A stretch of 64,000 nucleotides of DNA from assembly GCF_964355755.1 (NCBI RefSeq), contig NC_092680.1, forward strand, positions 14,207,045-14,271,044. Reading direction: 5' to 3'. The DNA comes from Antedon mediterranea. Lineage: Eukaryota > Animalia > Echinodermata. Below the pieces are notes generated by a model. That model worked only from the letters and a program-made list of their open reading frames with translations. It was not told where the DNA came from and made no database searches. Of this stretch, positions 34,739 through 47,800 are shown one piece after another. The translations under genes were made by a program, and so were the position numbers. Every line of letters begins with the position of its first letter. Position 1 is the stretch's first letter.

Positions 34739-37700
34739 TCAAATCTGTTCCTTTGACGCTTTCCATCTTTCAATATAGTCTTTGATTTTATCTATGTTGG
34801 TTTCCAGATCATCAGGACAGTTACTGGCCAATGGGAATACGATGCTTGGCAGGTACGAGCTTCTTGCTTCATCTAGAATTGTCTGGAATATTTCACATTG
34901 TATGTTGTCCTGGAGTTTACGACCACTGTAGCCCCTAAAATAAAAATAATAAATAAAGAATATATGTGTGACATTAAATCACAGATGCAAAATTTTTCTC
35001 AATCTTGGAAATAGTTTTGTAAACAATTTCATCTGGTTTTAATGTAGAATAAAGTAAAGTTCATAGATAAACCATGTAGTGGCTGCAGAGGAGTCTATTC
35101 ATAACCTAACAACATATCAACTGATGCTGTGGGCTGGACCAGACTGCCTGTCTAACTGTGAGCCGGACCAAACTGTCTGTCTGTCCATCTGTGAGCTGGA
35201 CCAAACTGTCTTTCTGTCTATCTGTGAGCTGGACCAAACTGTCTGTCTGTCTATCTGTGAGCTGGACCAAACTGTTTTATACTGGTTTAGTCAAATTTAT
35301 TCACCTCCCTAATATAAAAATTGTACAGCAAAATAAAACACGAATCAAAAGATTAAAATGATTTTAACAAGTTAAATAAAGTGTCAAAATCATTTTGAAA
35401 AGGGCAGACTTACGCTATCACAGATACCACGATTGACACAATCCACAGATTTACACATTTTTTAAAGATTATGGCGGAATGTACTATTAAAGACAATATT
35501 ACAAATAGAAAAGTCATTGCTTTGTATGTTATCAATTAGGTTGTTTTTTACATGTTCTAAATTGCTATTTAATAGATGCGATTAAAAGGTATGTGACTAG
35601 TTTGCCGACTGCCAGATTGCTGACTCCTCGTTTGCCGACTGGCTATGTAAATGGTTTATCAAATAGCCAGTCAGCACACGCAAAACCCACATTGCACACA
35701 ATAATAAAAATATGAAAAATCATACTTTAATCAATGGTTTCTATTACCTAAGATACCTTGGTGTTTTGAAATGTTTTTTTCATACGCACAAGCCTAGGTA
35801 ACTGCTATGCTAGCGATCGCTAGGTCACCTGCTGTAGGCTAGGCCTAGCTATCTAGCACACGTACGTCACCCGTGAAGAAGGAAGGTCGATCGTATTAAT
35901 TTATGACCCCACCAACCACACACAAGTACATTTTAAGAGTTAAATTAAACATCTTAAATACTACAAAATATCTGTATATAATACATTCTAAATACTAAGT
36001 TACCGTAAATTAAACATTTTAAATATGATAAATTATATTAATAATATACATCTTAAATACTATACAGTACATCGGGAATTTTTGTAACATTTTACGGTAA
36101 GATTACACATCTTAAATACTATATTGCATCAGGAAATTGTCAACATTTAAATACTAAATTAAACATCTTTAAATATGATAAGCTTAATAATACATTCGGA
36201 AATTAAATGCTAAATTTAACATCTTTAATACGATAAATATTTAAAATACTAAATTAAACATCTTAAATACCATATTACATTCCGAAATTATTTAAACAAT
36301 TAATTACTAAATTAAACAAATTCTATATTACATTCGGAAAATATCTAAACAAAATACTAAATTAAAACATCTTAAATACTATATTATTACATTCGGAAAA
36401 TATTTAAAACAATTAAATACTAAATTAAACATCTTAAAATACGATAAATATTTAAAACACTAAATAAAACACCTTAAATACTATATTACATTCAGAAAAT
36501 ATCTAAACAAAATAGTAAAATAAACATCTTAAATACGATATATATTTAAATATTTAAAATACTAAATTAAACATCTTAAATAATATTACATTAGGAAATT
36601 ATTTACAAACAAAATAGTAAATTAAACATCTTAATTAAATACTATAGTACATTAGGAAAATATTTAAAACAATTAAATACTAAATTAAACATCTTTAAAT
36701 ACGATAACTTAAATTATACATCTTAAATACGATTATGGCCTACAGTACATGTCGTTGAATCGCGGTCAAATACTCGTCGATCGTGCGTTGTCCTTCGCTT
36801 AATTCCATCTGCAACAAATTTTTGAGGAACGAGAGAAAAAGCCATCAGAGACTGGTTTATTCGCTTAACTTCTTGGTTGTTGTGGTATCTTACTGATAAA
36901 CCCAAGTTCTGTACCTTTTGATAAATAGCCTGAGTGAAGTGAAAGTTGCAGCCTGTCATAGTTGTGCCGGGAAACATTAGCGCAATTGTTGTCATCATGC
37001 CGGATACAAAGTCAGTGTGAAACACTGCTCATAGCGGATATTCTCATTGTTAGTGCTCTCATAAGTGAAGATGATCCACAATTGGGCACATATACTTTTT
37101 TACTTAAAATTTTGGATTTTTTGTTAATAATCTGAAAAGCTTTTTAAACAAAATACTTAAATTCCTATTAACCTACAATTCAATAGGATTGAAAATGAAT
37201 GCCTTAAAAGGAACTCTGCATATCAGGCATAATATTTATGAAAGTTTTAATACTGTAAAGCTATGTCTACACTATCAAACTAGTTTGACAAAAAAGTGTG
37301 ATGTGCCCAAATATGGTAGTGATAAGTTTAAACATGGTAGTGATATGACATCATCATGTCCATATATGGGCACATCACATAAAGTTTGATAGTGTAAATA
37401 CTTTAACATACCTTTGTTGCAATCTGTTGTAGAGAATGCTGTTATCGGTCCTTAAAACAAAAATGATGTCAAACCAGCGTTCTGGAAAGAACTCACAACT
37501 ATGATAGTCTATTATACAGCCACCATTGTTGACAATTTCTTCCATTTCATCAATAACCTACAGTAGATAGTTATCAAATATAATCATGTTCATTTTTAAA
37601 AACCAAGATTTACCGAAACTTTTGTCAAATAAATGAATGAAATGAAAATTCAATGGCACAAATCTTTTTTATGACACCATGGTTAACTGTGGTGCAGAGC

Positions 37701-40700
37701 ATTGTTGTTATGCTGTTGTTAAGGGGCGGCGCTGCCCGGTCTTCCACCGGAAAAATTGAAAATACACCACGTTTATGTAAGCGCAAAAATAGGGCACTTA
37801 TTTTTATCATGTAACCCATAATCGTCCAATCAAATGACATAAATATATTTAGGTATTATTTATATAATAGAAAATAATACTAAATATACAATTTATAGAA
37901 ACATGTTTATTATATTTTAATGCTTGGTACATTAGTTAAGCATAGTTAAGCTTAGTTACATTTTTTTTTTCACATTATTGATTGTCTCCATCCCCGAAAC
38001 CTCGACTAAGAAATACCGGAATGGTGTCCGGCGGGGGATAGTTTATTACCATTAGTTAAGGTCCTATGTAAAGCACCTAGAGGGGTCAGTGATCCATTAG
38101 GCGCTATACAAATACTGTTTATTATTATTATTATTATTGGTATAACTGTGAATGAATGTTTTCATAGTGCAAACTTTTATTTAGCTTGTTACAAGATGTT
38201 TCTTTTAAACTATTATTTACCCTGTCTTCATCTAAAACAGGACACTGATAATCCTCATCCCATCCTTCATAAAGTTCTTTTTCTTTTGCTACATCACCAA
38301 CATTTACATATTGCATGTCCAGCCGAAGAGCAAGTTCCTGTCCTAATGTTGTTTTACCTGTTCCTGGTGTACCTAAAAACATAAAAATAATTTAATTAGT
38401 AATTAATAATAATATATATATTAAGGTTTGCATGGCGAAATCAAATGTTCATACACCATATATATTAATGCTACTAAATTATTTTACGTTTCTCCTCCGA
38501 AACCACTAAATGGTACATTCTCACATTTGGCACCACACTAATTGATGGGCTATATCACTTTCCTGAATTTTAAAAATAAACACTAAAACAAGGCAAGAAA
38601 TAAAAAAAATTTCACGTCTCAGCGGCCATGTAGTATGAGTCACAAATCAACTATGCAGCTCTTCTGTTTTGTACCGCAATGGCCGGATCTACCAATACTA
38701 TGCCGGGTCGCATTATTTTTTTTCCTATTCGGTTAAGGCAGAAACTATAGAGGGCCTGAATCCATGCATGAATACAGTATTTATTTATTTATTTATTAAG
38801 GTATTAAAAAAAAAAACATCAAATTCCAACCAGCAGCAAAAGTTGAAAAGGTTGGATTACAATCATAAACTGAGAAGTAAAATACATCAAAGTAGATCTA
38901 ATCTAAACATTATACATAAAGGATTCGTGCTAAGTGCGGAATAGTAGACCGCCTATATCTTTCAGTACGACATTTGCAAGAATCCAACTTTGAACTAGTA
39001 TTGTTCCTCGATCTTGAATGCCTATCAGATTTATATGCTGGTAACATATTTCTAAATTTGGTAGATTCTAAAAGACTCTTGCCAAACTTGAGAAGAATAT
39101 GTTCTCTACGGGACTTTAAAGAAGGCAAACCTACTTGCTCTAAGGCTAATTCATAGCTAACGTAATGTGGGCTTAAAATTATGCACAATGCCCTTTTTTA
39201 ATTTTTTCAATTAAATTAGATTGCTGAACAGTTCATGATGAATGCCAAACCTGGCAGGCATATTCCAGCACAGGTCTGATATATGATGTAAATACTGTAA
39301 CCAGGTCACTGACTGGTGCATTAGACCATGGAGAAATATTATTTCTCCATGATTAGACCTTTTCAGGATACATAGTGAGAATAGTCTACGTGAGGCTCTT
39401 GATGTTATATCATTAACATTTGAACCCCATTTGAGGTCATTTTGGATTATTACACCAAGCAATTTTAACTTATTAACTATTGGAAGATTAAAGTTATCAA
39501 TAGTGTATACTAAATTAAGCTGCCGTTGCTTTAAAAAGTTAAATTCAATTACTTGGCATTTAGCTGGTTTAGGTTGAACATCATTAGATGCACACCACTC
39601 ACTGACACTATTAAGGACACTATGTAAGTTAGAGGAAGCACCACATTTGGTATTCATGATGTGACAGAAAATCTGGAAATAGTTTGCACGTGGTATTGAA
39701 ACTGATCTCTTGTTGCTACTGTAGGGTAGCTGCTGCAAAAACTCACCAACCATGTAGCTTTTTGTTTTTGTTCTGCAAGTTTCGTATTAAACTGTTTTAA
39801 AGTTTCGAAAATATTCAATACATTTTTAAAGCAGTTACTCATATTTTAAAATCATGAAACTATTTAGGGCAAAAGTGGATACCAGCCTCATTTTTGCTGC
39901 TAAGTAAGCATAAGTTTTAGAATAATAAATCTATGTAGATTATTGCCCTAGTATACAATGACGGATGTGAGAATAATAAAAGGTAACCTGCAAGACGGTG
40001 ACATTTGCTGTTATGAATTATGAATAAAAACAGAAATACTACTAAACCTAAAACCATCTTATCGCCAACAGATACGCAAACTTGTGCAGGTAGGACTTTC
40101 CAGAACGTTTATATTATTTTAGTAAATAAGACTACATCCAATGCCATGGAAAAACGATTGTACGTCATTAATATGTCTTATTTGACACCTATGAAAACAA
40201 ATGCGTTTTTTTTTTAAAAAGGGAATCTCCGGTTTGCAAAAACATGTAGCTGTTGAGAAAAATCTGCCAAAATGTTTAATAGCCTTCAAACAGATCATTT
40301 TACTGAATTATTTAAGAAAAAATATACGGAAAATCATATTTTACATTGCGTTATCTATTTTTTGACACACTCTATAAATGCGTTTTTTTTAAAATATAAA
40401 AGGGGAATCCTCGGTCAGCTAACAAACGTACCTGTTATAGAAGAAAAATCTGCCAAAAATGTTTATTTGCCATAAACAAATGTGTATATGATCATTTCAC
40501 TGAATTATTTAATAAAAAAATAAATGGAATTATTGTGTTGTCTATTTGACAACTATTAAAATGTATGTTGTTTTTTATAAAAGGGAAATACTGGTCAGCA
40601 AAAACATGTAGCTGTTATAGAGGAAACATCTGCCAAAAATGTTTATTTGCCATAAACAAATGTGTATATGATCATTTCACTGAATTATTTAATAAAAAAA

Positions 40701-41542
40701 TAAATGGAATTATTGTGTTGTCTATTTGACAACTATTAAAATGTATGTTGTTTTTTATAAAAGGGAAATACTGGTCAGCAAAAACATGTAGCTGTTATAG
40801 AGGAAACATCTGCCAAAAATGTTTAATTACCTTAACCAAACGTGATGATCATTTCACTGAATTATTTGATAAAAAAATATATGGAAAATGATCATACGTC
40901 ATTACTGCGTTTGACATGACACCCTATAAATGCGTGTCCCGGTCAGCAAAAACATGTACTGTAGCACGAAATCCAAGTAATTTGACCTCATAGCCCTCCT
41001 GCAGGTTTTTTTTTTAAAACAGGGCATTGTTAATTCAAACAAACCAACTATTAAATGTACATAACATTTTTATGTTTAAATGTTTTTATGTTAAAAAAAA
41101 TGGGTTTGAGTAAGCCAAATGGGTACGAGTAACAAAATACTTAGGTACGAGTTTGTATGGGTACAGACTAGACAGGTTGCTGGTTTGCGGGCTAGCTAAC
41201 AAAAAGTGGCTACGAGTTGACCAATTATTTGGGTACGAGTTAGCTAAGTTTGGTACGAGTTAGCATGGGTACGGGTTTGGGTATGTGTTGACCAGCACCC
41301 CTACAGTAGGAAAAAAGGGTTAGCCTAGTATAGGCTCTAGAGGCTAGCTCTAGCCTAGTGTGCCAGGCAGGCCTACTTTAGTCTAGACTTTTTAGTTACT
41401 TTAGTAGGACACACTTACTTAACTTAACAATTTAGGCATTGAACAGCACAAAATATAGTAAATTTCCAACTTAAATAATTCTATTATTACCAGTTAAAAG
41501 AATATTAGGTGATTCACGGTTTCTTGAGCTATATGTTGCCAT
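34739..41542 (-). CDS. AK6: Adenylate kinase isoenzyme 6 (AK6/hCINAP/Fap7 family), 4 coding exons, 181 aa
   Basis: Exons 41491-41542, 38221-38372, 37412-37557 and 34739-34934, all GT-AG and in phase (546 nt). Translation MATYSSRNRESPNILLTGTPGTGKTT...[24 protein letters not shown]...GGCIIDYHSCEFFPERWFD...[42 protein letters not shown]...ERWKASKEQI* carries the P-loop GTPGTGKT and the AK6-specific DYH..FFPERWFD motif. Confidence 0.96.
35130..35275 (+). repeat. 33-bp minisatellite in AK6 intron 3
   Basis: CTGTGAGCTGGACCAAACTGTCTGTCTGTCTAT, about 4 copies. Confidence 0.85.
35940..36730 (+). repeat. Degenerate AT-rich tandem repeat (AAATACTAAATTAAACATCTT core)
   Basis: The motif recurs many times, adjacent to the MULE fragment. 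Confidence 0.75.
36795..37025 (-). mobile_element. MULE (Mutator) transposase fragment in AK6 intron 3
   Basis: TDF...FPGTTMTGCNFHFTQAIYQKVQNLGL..Y matches the MULE D...C.FH..Q motif. A possible element end with TTGCCGACT repeats lies at about 35610-35675. Confidence 0.82.
37259..37403. mobile_element. Short MITE immediately downstream of the AK6 exon 3 donor
   Basis: TACACTATCAAACT / AGTTTGATAGTGTA and TGTGATGTGCCCA / TGGGCACATCACA inverted pairs. Confidence 0.6.
38780..39600 (-). mobile_element. LINE 3' fragment in AK6 intron 1
   Basis: KLLGVIIQNDLKW, SYELALEQVGLPSLKSRRE and CRTERYRRSTIP motifs, with a (TAAA)n tail at about 38780-38797. Confidence 0.82.
40190..40965 (+). repeat. About 180-bp tandem repeat in AK6 intron 1
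   Basis: ATCTGCCAAAAATGTTT recurs at about 40262, 40448, 40628 and 40808, with two essentially identical units. A related fragment lies at about 45320-45415. Confidence 0.85.
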
Positions 41543-41894
41543 TTTACAACAAATTATGGCCTCTCTTGAACGTGTTGTGTGTTTAAAGATTAGGAAAGTG
41601 TGTGACCTTTTTGTTTAGATTCTTGTTGCGGTCATCTATCCAAAATATGTTATTAATATTCTATTCTATCATGATTATTATTTCTTTTTCATAAGTTTAA
41701 TCCATTAACAAAATTGTTTTCTTGAGATTAAAGAAACTTTATTTGAAATCAAATCATTGTTTTTTTAAATCAAGGCCTAAAAAACAATAATCAAATAGCT
41801 TAAGTATGTATTGATGAACTCTGACCCATGGGGTCACAAATAATATAATAATAATAAGCGTAAAAAAAAAAGATCAAGGAGAGGAGAGAATAAA
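41543..41894. promoter_or_regulatory. Bidirectional promoter / 5' UTR region shared by AK6 and C1orf43
   Basis: Divergent start codons at 41542 (-) and 41895 (+), only about 350 bp apart. Confidence 0.7.
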
Positions 41895-44800
41895 ATGACA
41901 GGAACAATGAAAACCGCCGCGGAACTTAGCTTCGAATACATAATATTGATAGGTGGTTTTGCTGCTATGGTATGTAGTATTTAAAATGTATAATAATTTA
42001 ATGAACAGTCTAGCCTACTAGCTAGGCCTAGGCCTAGTAGTAGAGGCGGTAGCCGATCACTCCGGCCGCGCTTCACTCCGGCCGCCGTATCAGTTTAACG
42101 CGATGTTATGCACTCTCCGGCCGCTATTCAATTCGACTTCCTGTGCAAAGGGGCCGTTAGTATGGAGCGCCCGTATTTACGTTTTTTATACTGTTCAGTG
42201 TTATAACAAATTCTTGGTGACCAAAAGAATTAAAAGAAAAAAGAATTTAAATGGAACTAGGCTAGTTGAATATTTATTAGCAACAATTTTACTTTTTTCA
42301 TTAACAATAACATTCGGCGCTACTGCAGTTTCACACCACACTGTTATATCTTCGATTTCTCACCAAAATTTTTTCTCGCACTCACATCATACAATTTTGG
42401 GTCATTATGTAACATGTTCCCATGATTTAGCCACGGTTAAATTACATTTATCACAATAAAAAATGCCTTTCAAAACAGCTCCTTTCCGCAAATACTTCGA
42501 TCGAACTGTGGCCATTTTAGAATCAGAAAATTGCCAGAAATCAATGTATGTTTTATTTTTTGTTTTTATTTTTAAACTGCAGTGTGGTTTTATAAAGAAC
42601 CTGCTGTAGGCCTACATATCAAAAGGGCGACGATATGAGTCCGTACATATAACATTTTATTTTTTTTTAAACAATTCACAGTTTTAAAAATAATAAACCA
42701 TATTTCAATTTAGATGTAAAACATATCGTCATCATCATCATAGCAAATATTGTTATCTCACTGTATTGAAAAATAGAAAATTATTTGTTTATGTTTTAGT
42801 GAATGTATTGATTAGTGACCGAGATAATTTTCTTTGATAGGCCCTATTAATATGAATAATAATAATGAAATATTAATTTAACCTCTATTACGCCAGCTGA
42901 AAACATTTCTATTTCAAAAGTAAATACATGTTTAATCGGACTTTATAACCCTACCCTCTATAGTTTCTAATATTTTTGGGCAAAATGAAGCATACATTCT
43001 GGCAATTAATTGTTAAATATAAGATGGCGAACATTTCGCAGTGTGTTGACACCGAGTTCAGTATTGTTTAAAATGTTTTAAAAACTATTGTTATTAAAAA
43101 AAAATTACTTCGTAAGTGGTCGAACCGTATAAACATGTCACATAATAAATATTATTTGTGAGTGTGAAAAAGGAAAGTTTAGGTGAGAAATCGAAGATAT
43201 AACGGTGTGTGCGAAACTGCAGTAGTGCCTCTAACATTCAAAGAAGTTGGAACTGTTTTTTCTTTCAAACTAAACTTAACTTTTTCCTTTCAAATAATCA
43301 AATACCCGTCTAATTAATGCTTGAATAACAATATTTAATTTCTTTCTATGTACATTTTATAGCTTTACATTAACATTTAAAATTAGTTAAAAACCTTATT
43401 TTTATAACACTTTATCTTGCCAGTACCCATACTTACTTACTAATTATAGTTAATAACAATATGTAAAATATTAATTTATTTATTTCAAATAATCAATTAT
43501 TATTGATGTTTGTTATAGTTACAGTAATAACAATATTTACAATATTAATTAATTTATTTATTTCAAATAATCAAATATCCGTCTAATTAATGTTTGAATA
43601 ACAATATTTAATTTCTTTCTATGTACATTTTATGTTTAATGCTAGTACCCCATAAAAAATGAGATCGGGATCCCGATCGGGATGCGGTGGAATCCCACCG
43701 GGACGAACTCGGGATTTTTTTCGCAATATCGGGATAGACAGGATTTTTTTTAAAGAATTGGGATCATGTTTGTAGACTACTGGATTTTGTAGGCAACATC
43801 GGGATCTTGTACGCGCGCAAGATCGGGATTGGCGGGATTTTGTTTATAAAATTACGGGATTTTGTACGCAAGATCGGGATTGACAGGATTATGTTTGTAG
43901 ACTATGGTATTTTGTACGCAACATCGGGATTGGCAGGATTTTGTTTGTAAAAGTAAAGGATTTTGTACGCAAGATCAGGATTTTGTACGCAACATCGCAA
44001 TTGTCGGGATTTTGTTTGTAAAAATACGGGATTTTTTACGCAAGATCGGGATTTTGTAGGCCTACGCAACATTGGGATTGGCGGGATTTTGTTTGTAAAA
44101 GTACGGAATCTTGTACGCCATAGCGGGATCTTGTTTATAGGGGATTTTCTACAGTATTAGAAGATTGGTACTTTCCTGTAAGTTTTACAAAAATGTCTTA
44201 ATTATGCTATGTTATAGAGTGTCTTTTTTATATTGTATCGGAGTTGTCAGTGATTATTTTTACATTAGTATTGCGAAAAAAATGTTTCTTTTAATACGTA
44301 AAAGGTACATTAGTCGATAGGACTAGACATTTTACACTATCCTACAATTTTTACTGTAGGATAGGGACAATGTAGTAAATCTTATTTGCATTCCATGTTT
44401 TAATACTAAAACGATGGCCTAAGCACCTTTACTTCTTCTGCCTCTAGCTTATGGAATGACTTACCCGCCTCTATTAGGTCGTTTTCTTCCAATTCCACCT
44501 TCAAATCTTCCTTATCTTTTTCTTTAGAACTAAGCTCTCATACTGTGCCTTTAATCACTTTTCTTTAAATCCATTTAAAGCACAGATAACTATATTGTCA
44601 CAGAAGACTTCATACAATAACTGCGTGGTCTCTTTATTTTTATTTTCTATGGTTGATATGTGATTACTAATCAGCATGGAAGGAATAAGTATAACATAAA
44701 CCCCACACTCTCCTAATAAAGGATAACACCTGGAATTGTATCAAGAATTAATATATCATTTTTGTACAGTCCAATTTACAATGATTTTATATTTAATTTA

Positions 44801-47800
44801 TATATGATAAAAATAATATGACATAGGGTACATTGCAATCAATTACATTAATTAATCACATTACCAATTAATATACTATCCTATTACATTGGATAAAACA
44901 CATAAATTATTTTGTTTTAGCATTAGAGCTAATTTAAAACACTTGCGATGTTGTTTTGATCCTGAAATTGAAAAAATATACTGTATGTTACAAATGTTTA
45001 TTTTGATTCTCTACAAAAAACGTGTCTCGGTTGTAAAAGACTCATTGGGCGCTCCATAGCTGCGGCCGGAATGAATCGCGGCCGGATTGAAGCGCGGCCG
45101 GAGTGAAGCGCGGCCGGACTGAAGCGCGGCCGGAGTGATCTGTATTCGTAGAGGCTAGGCCTAATAAATGTAGACAATCGGGGCCAAAAGACGATCAGGG
45201 CCACGGACGATCGGGGTCATCATAGACAATCGGGCACATAAAAAAATGGGCCCGATCATTTTATACGTTTGGCCCTATTGATCGTCTTTTAGGCGTTGGG
45301 CCCGAACGTCCACAGAGTTTTTTTTAAAATAAAATGGAAATCCCGGTCAAAAACATGTAACTGTTGAGGACATTTGCCAAAAATCCTGTCAGCAAAAACA
45401 TGTAGCACAAAATCTACGCATGATTAAATAGAAATAATAATTAATTGATCAAATTATGTAATTAGGGAAGATAATTAGGTGATAAAGGATAAAAATTTAT
45501 GAATAAAAAGGTAGAAAACGAACGCAAGCTCTCAAAATATTCCGTTAAATAAGTACAGTACGAAAAGGTAAATCAATGAAAGACTATACTCAACAGTTAA
45601 AGTTCCATTCGAATACAAGATCAACCATGTACAATCAATAATTTGGTTACTGTAATAACACAGTGGCGATTTTAATTAAAAGTTTTTTTTCTTTTTTTCT
45701 CCGCTTAAAATCCATAAAAAAAAAACACCACAATGTATAAGCATATGCGCCATGACTGCACCGCAGAAAAATGTTGGTGATTAAACGGCTACTGTATGAA
45801 TATATACTGTGGTATTTTTTTCGTATGTATGGTGCCATTGATTCAGATTTCCAATAAACATTGAAAAAATAAACTGCACAGGTTTTTGTCTTTGGTGGTT
45901 TTTTTTTTGTATTATTAAATAAATTTTTTTCTACTGCAGATAGTAATAGTTTTGCTCATTTTTGCCAAACGACAAATCATGAGATTTGCTTTGAAGTCAA
46001 GCAGAGGTCCACATACATCTATAGGGAAAGGATTATCCAAGGTTCAACAGAACACGGTAGAACGTAAAATACAAAGAATTATCAGCATCAAACACGAACC
46101 AAATCTATTACAAAAAGATGATTACAGAATTGATAAATATATAGGAGGAGATGTTACTGCCGATGGTAAATATAAATCCAGTATAGTACTGTATATAAAT
46201 TTATGACCCAAGCAAATATTTGTGCCAATTTTTAGGATCATTTAATTAAAGGCTATAATTTGATACTGTACTTTTTTGTAAAATAATAGTATAATAAAAA
46301 TAGGATTATGTGATTTAGTATTAAGCATAAGCTTAATAATATTTAGTCCAAAATACAACTCTCAACCATTATGCATACACTGTAAGTCTTATGCATTCCA
46401 GTCTAGTCTTACTGTTTTACACAAACACTGGTAAAACTTTTATTATCCCACAATTTAAGTAATATTTTACAGTACCCAGGCACTACATTAGTATAGTTTT
46501 AAGTATAGTTAAGTAATTATAAATAGGCCTATAATTACTTTCGTAATTTAAGGATAACCTAGGGTAGACCTAGGCTATCCATTGGAGATGACTTGGTGGA
46601 ACACTACTACTGTAACTACACACACTACAGGGCGTTTGTAACGTTCAACATCTGGTAGAAAATTCCCTTCTTTGGTGACTTGACGTGCACATGATTTGGT
46701 AAATTTTAAATTGCAACACAATCAACTTTGCCAATGGCACGATTAACTTTTCCAATGGCACGATCAACTCTGCCATGACACGATCAACTTTGCCAATGGC
46801 ATGATCAACTCTGCCATGACACGATCAACTTTTCCAATGGCACGATCAACTTTGCCAATGGCATGATCAACTTTGCCAATGGCACGATCAACTTTGCCAA
46901 TGGCACGATCAACTTTGCCAATGATCAACCATATGTATTGCATTTTTTACAAATTCTTTTATATTTTCCAGAGAAATGTACATATATTTACAGAATGATG
47001 GCAGTTGATAAATTTAAACAGTTTGGTAAGTCATTTAGTTCTTTTCCATGGAAAGCCAAACCTACCAAAAATACATAATACACCTGTCTGACTAAATTGA
47101 ACGTAAATATATGGCTACTGAAGAACGAAATTAAACGTATACAAATGTATGGACATTATCAACTAAATGTCTTTATTTCTTTATCAGCCGTACCAACAGT
47201 CACTTCTTTGTGGACTTGGTCTTTACCAATTACAATCCAATCATATATAAACCGTGATGTGTATACATGGCTTGGTCTACTACTACTGCTTGATATTGTT
47301 GAAAAAAATGTTATAATCTTCAATTCAATTGGTTTATTTTTCCGTTTTTCTTTTTCATCAATTAGGCAATATAAAGCCATATTCCATTAGTATTTGATTC
47401 AGAAAGTCATTGACAATGGCCGAATAGATAAAAAAATCTGATTGGATAAAGTATGATCCGCAGTGGATTGTGGGTTTGTGTCTTATTCTGTACCTGTGAT
47501 GTTTATTTATATAAAAGTATCTCGTTATGAGATCCCGCTTCGTGAATAAAATACTGAAATATGAGGCCGTATTAATTTGATCTCTGGTGCATGTGCGTAC
47601 AATTGAGGGACTAGTTCTGTACCGCCGTACCACGCCGAGAATGTTAAAGAGTTGCTATCCAATCGCGTTTGAACAATACCATGAAAGCCCCAGTGGTGTA
47701 ATGGTTAGGACATCTGCATATCAAGCAGAAGGTTCCGGGTTCAAGTCGGGGCGACTTTTTCTCATTCTCACAGATTTCCTCATCTTTATCGTTTCAAATT

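Noticed and set aside
47687-47752. Functional tRNA gene
   Set aside because: The T-arm and acceptor stem cannot both form and the anticodon loop is atypical, so it is treated as a pseudo-tRNA or SINE head.
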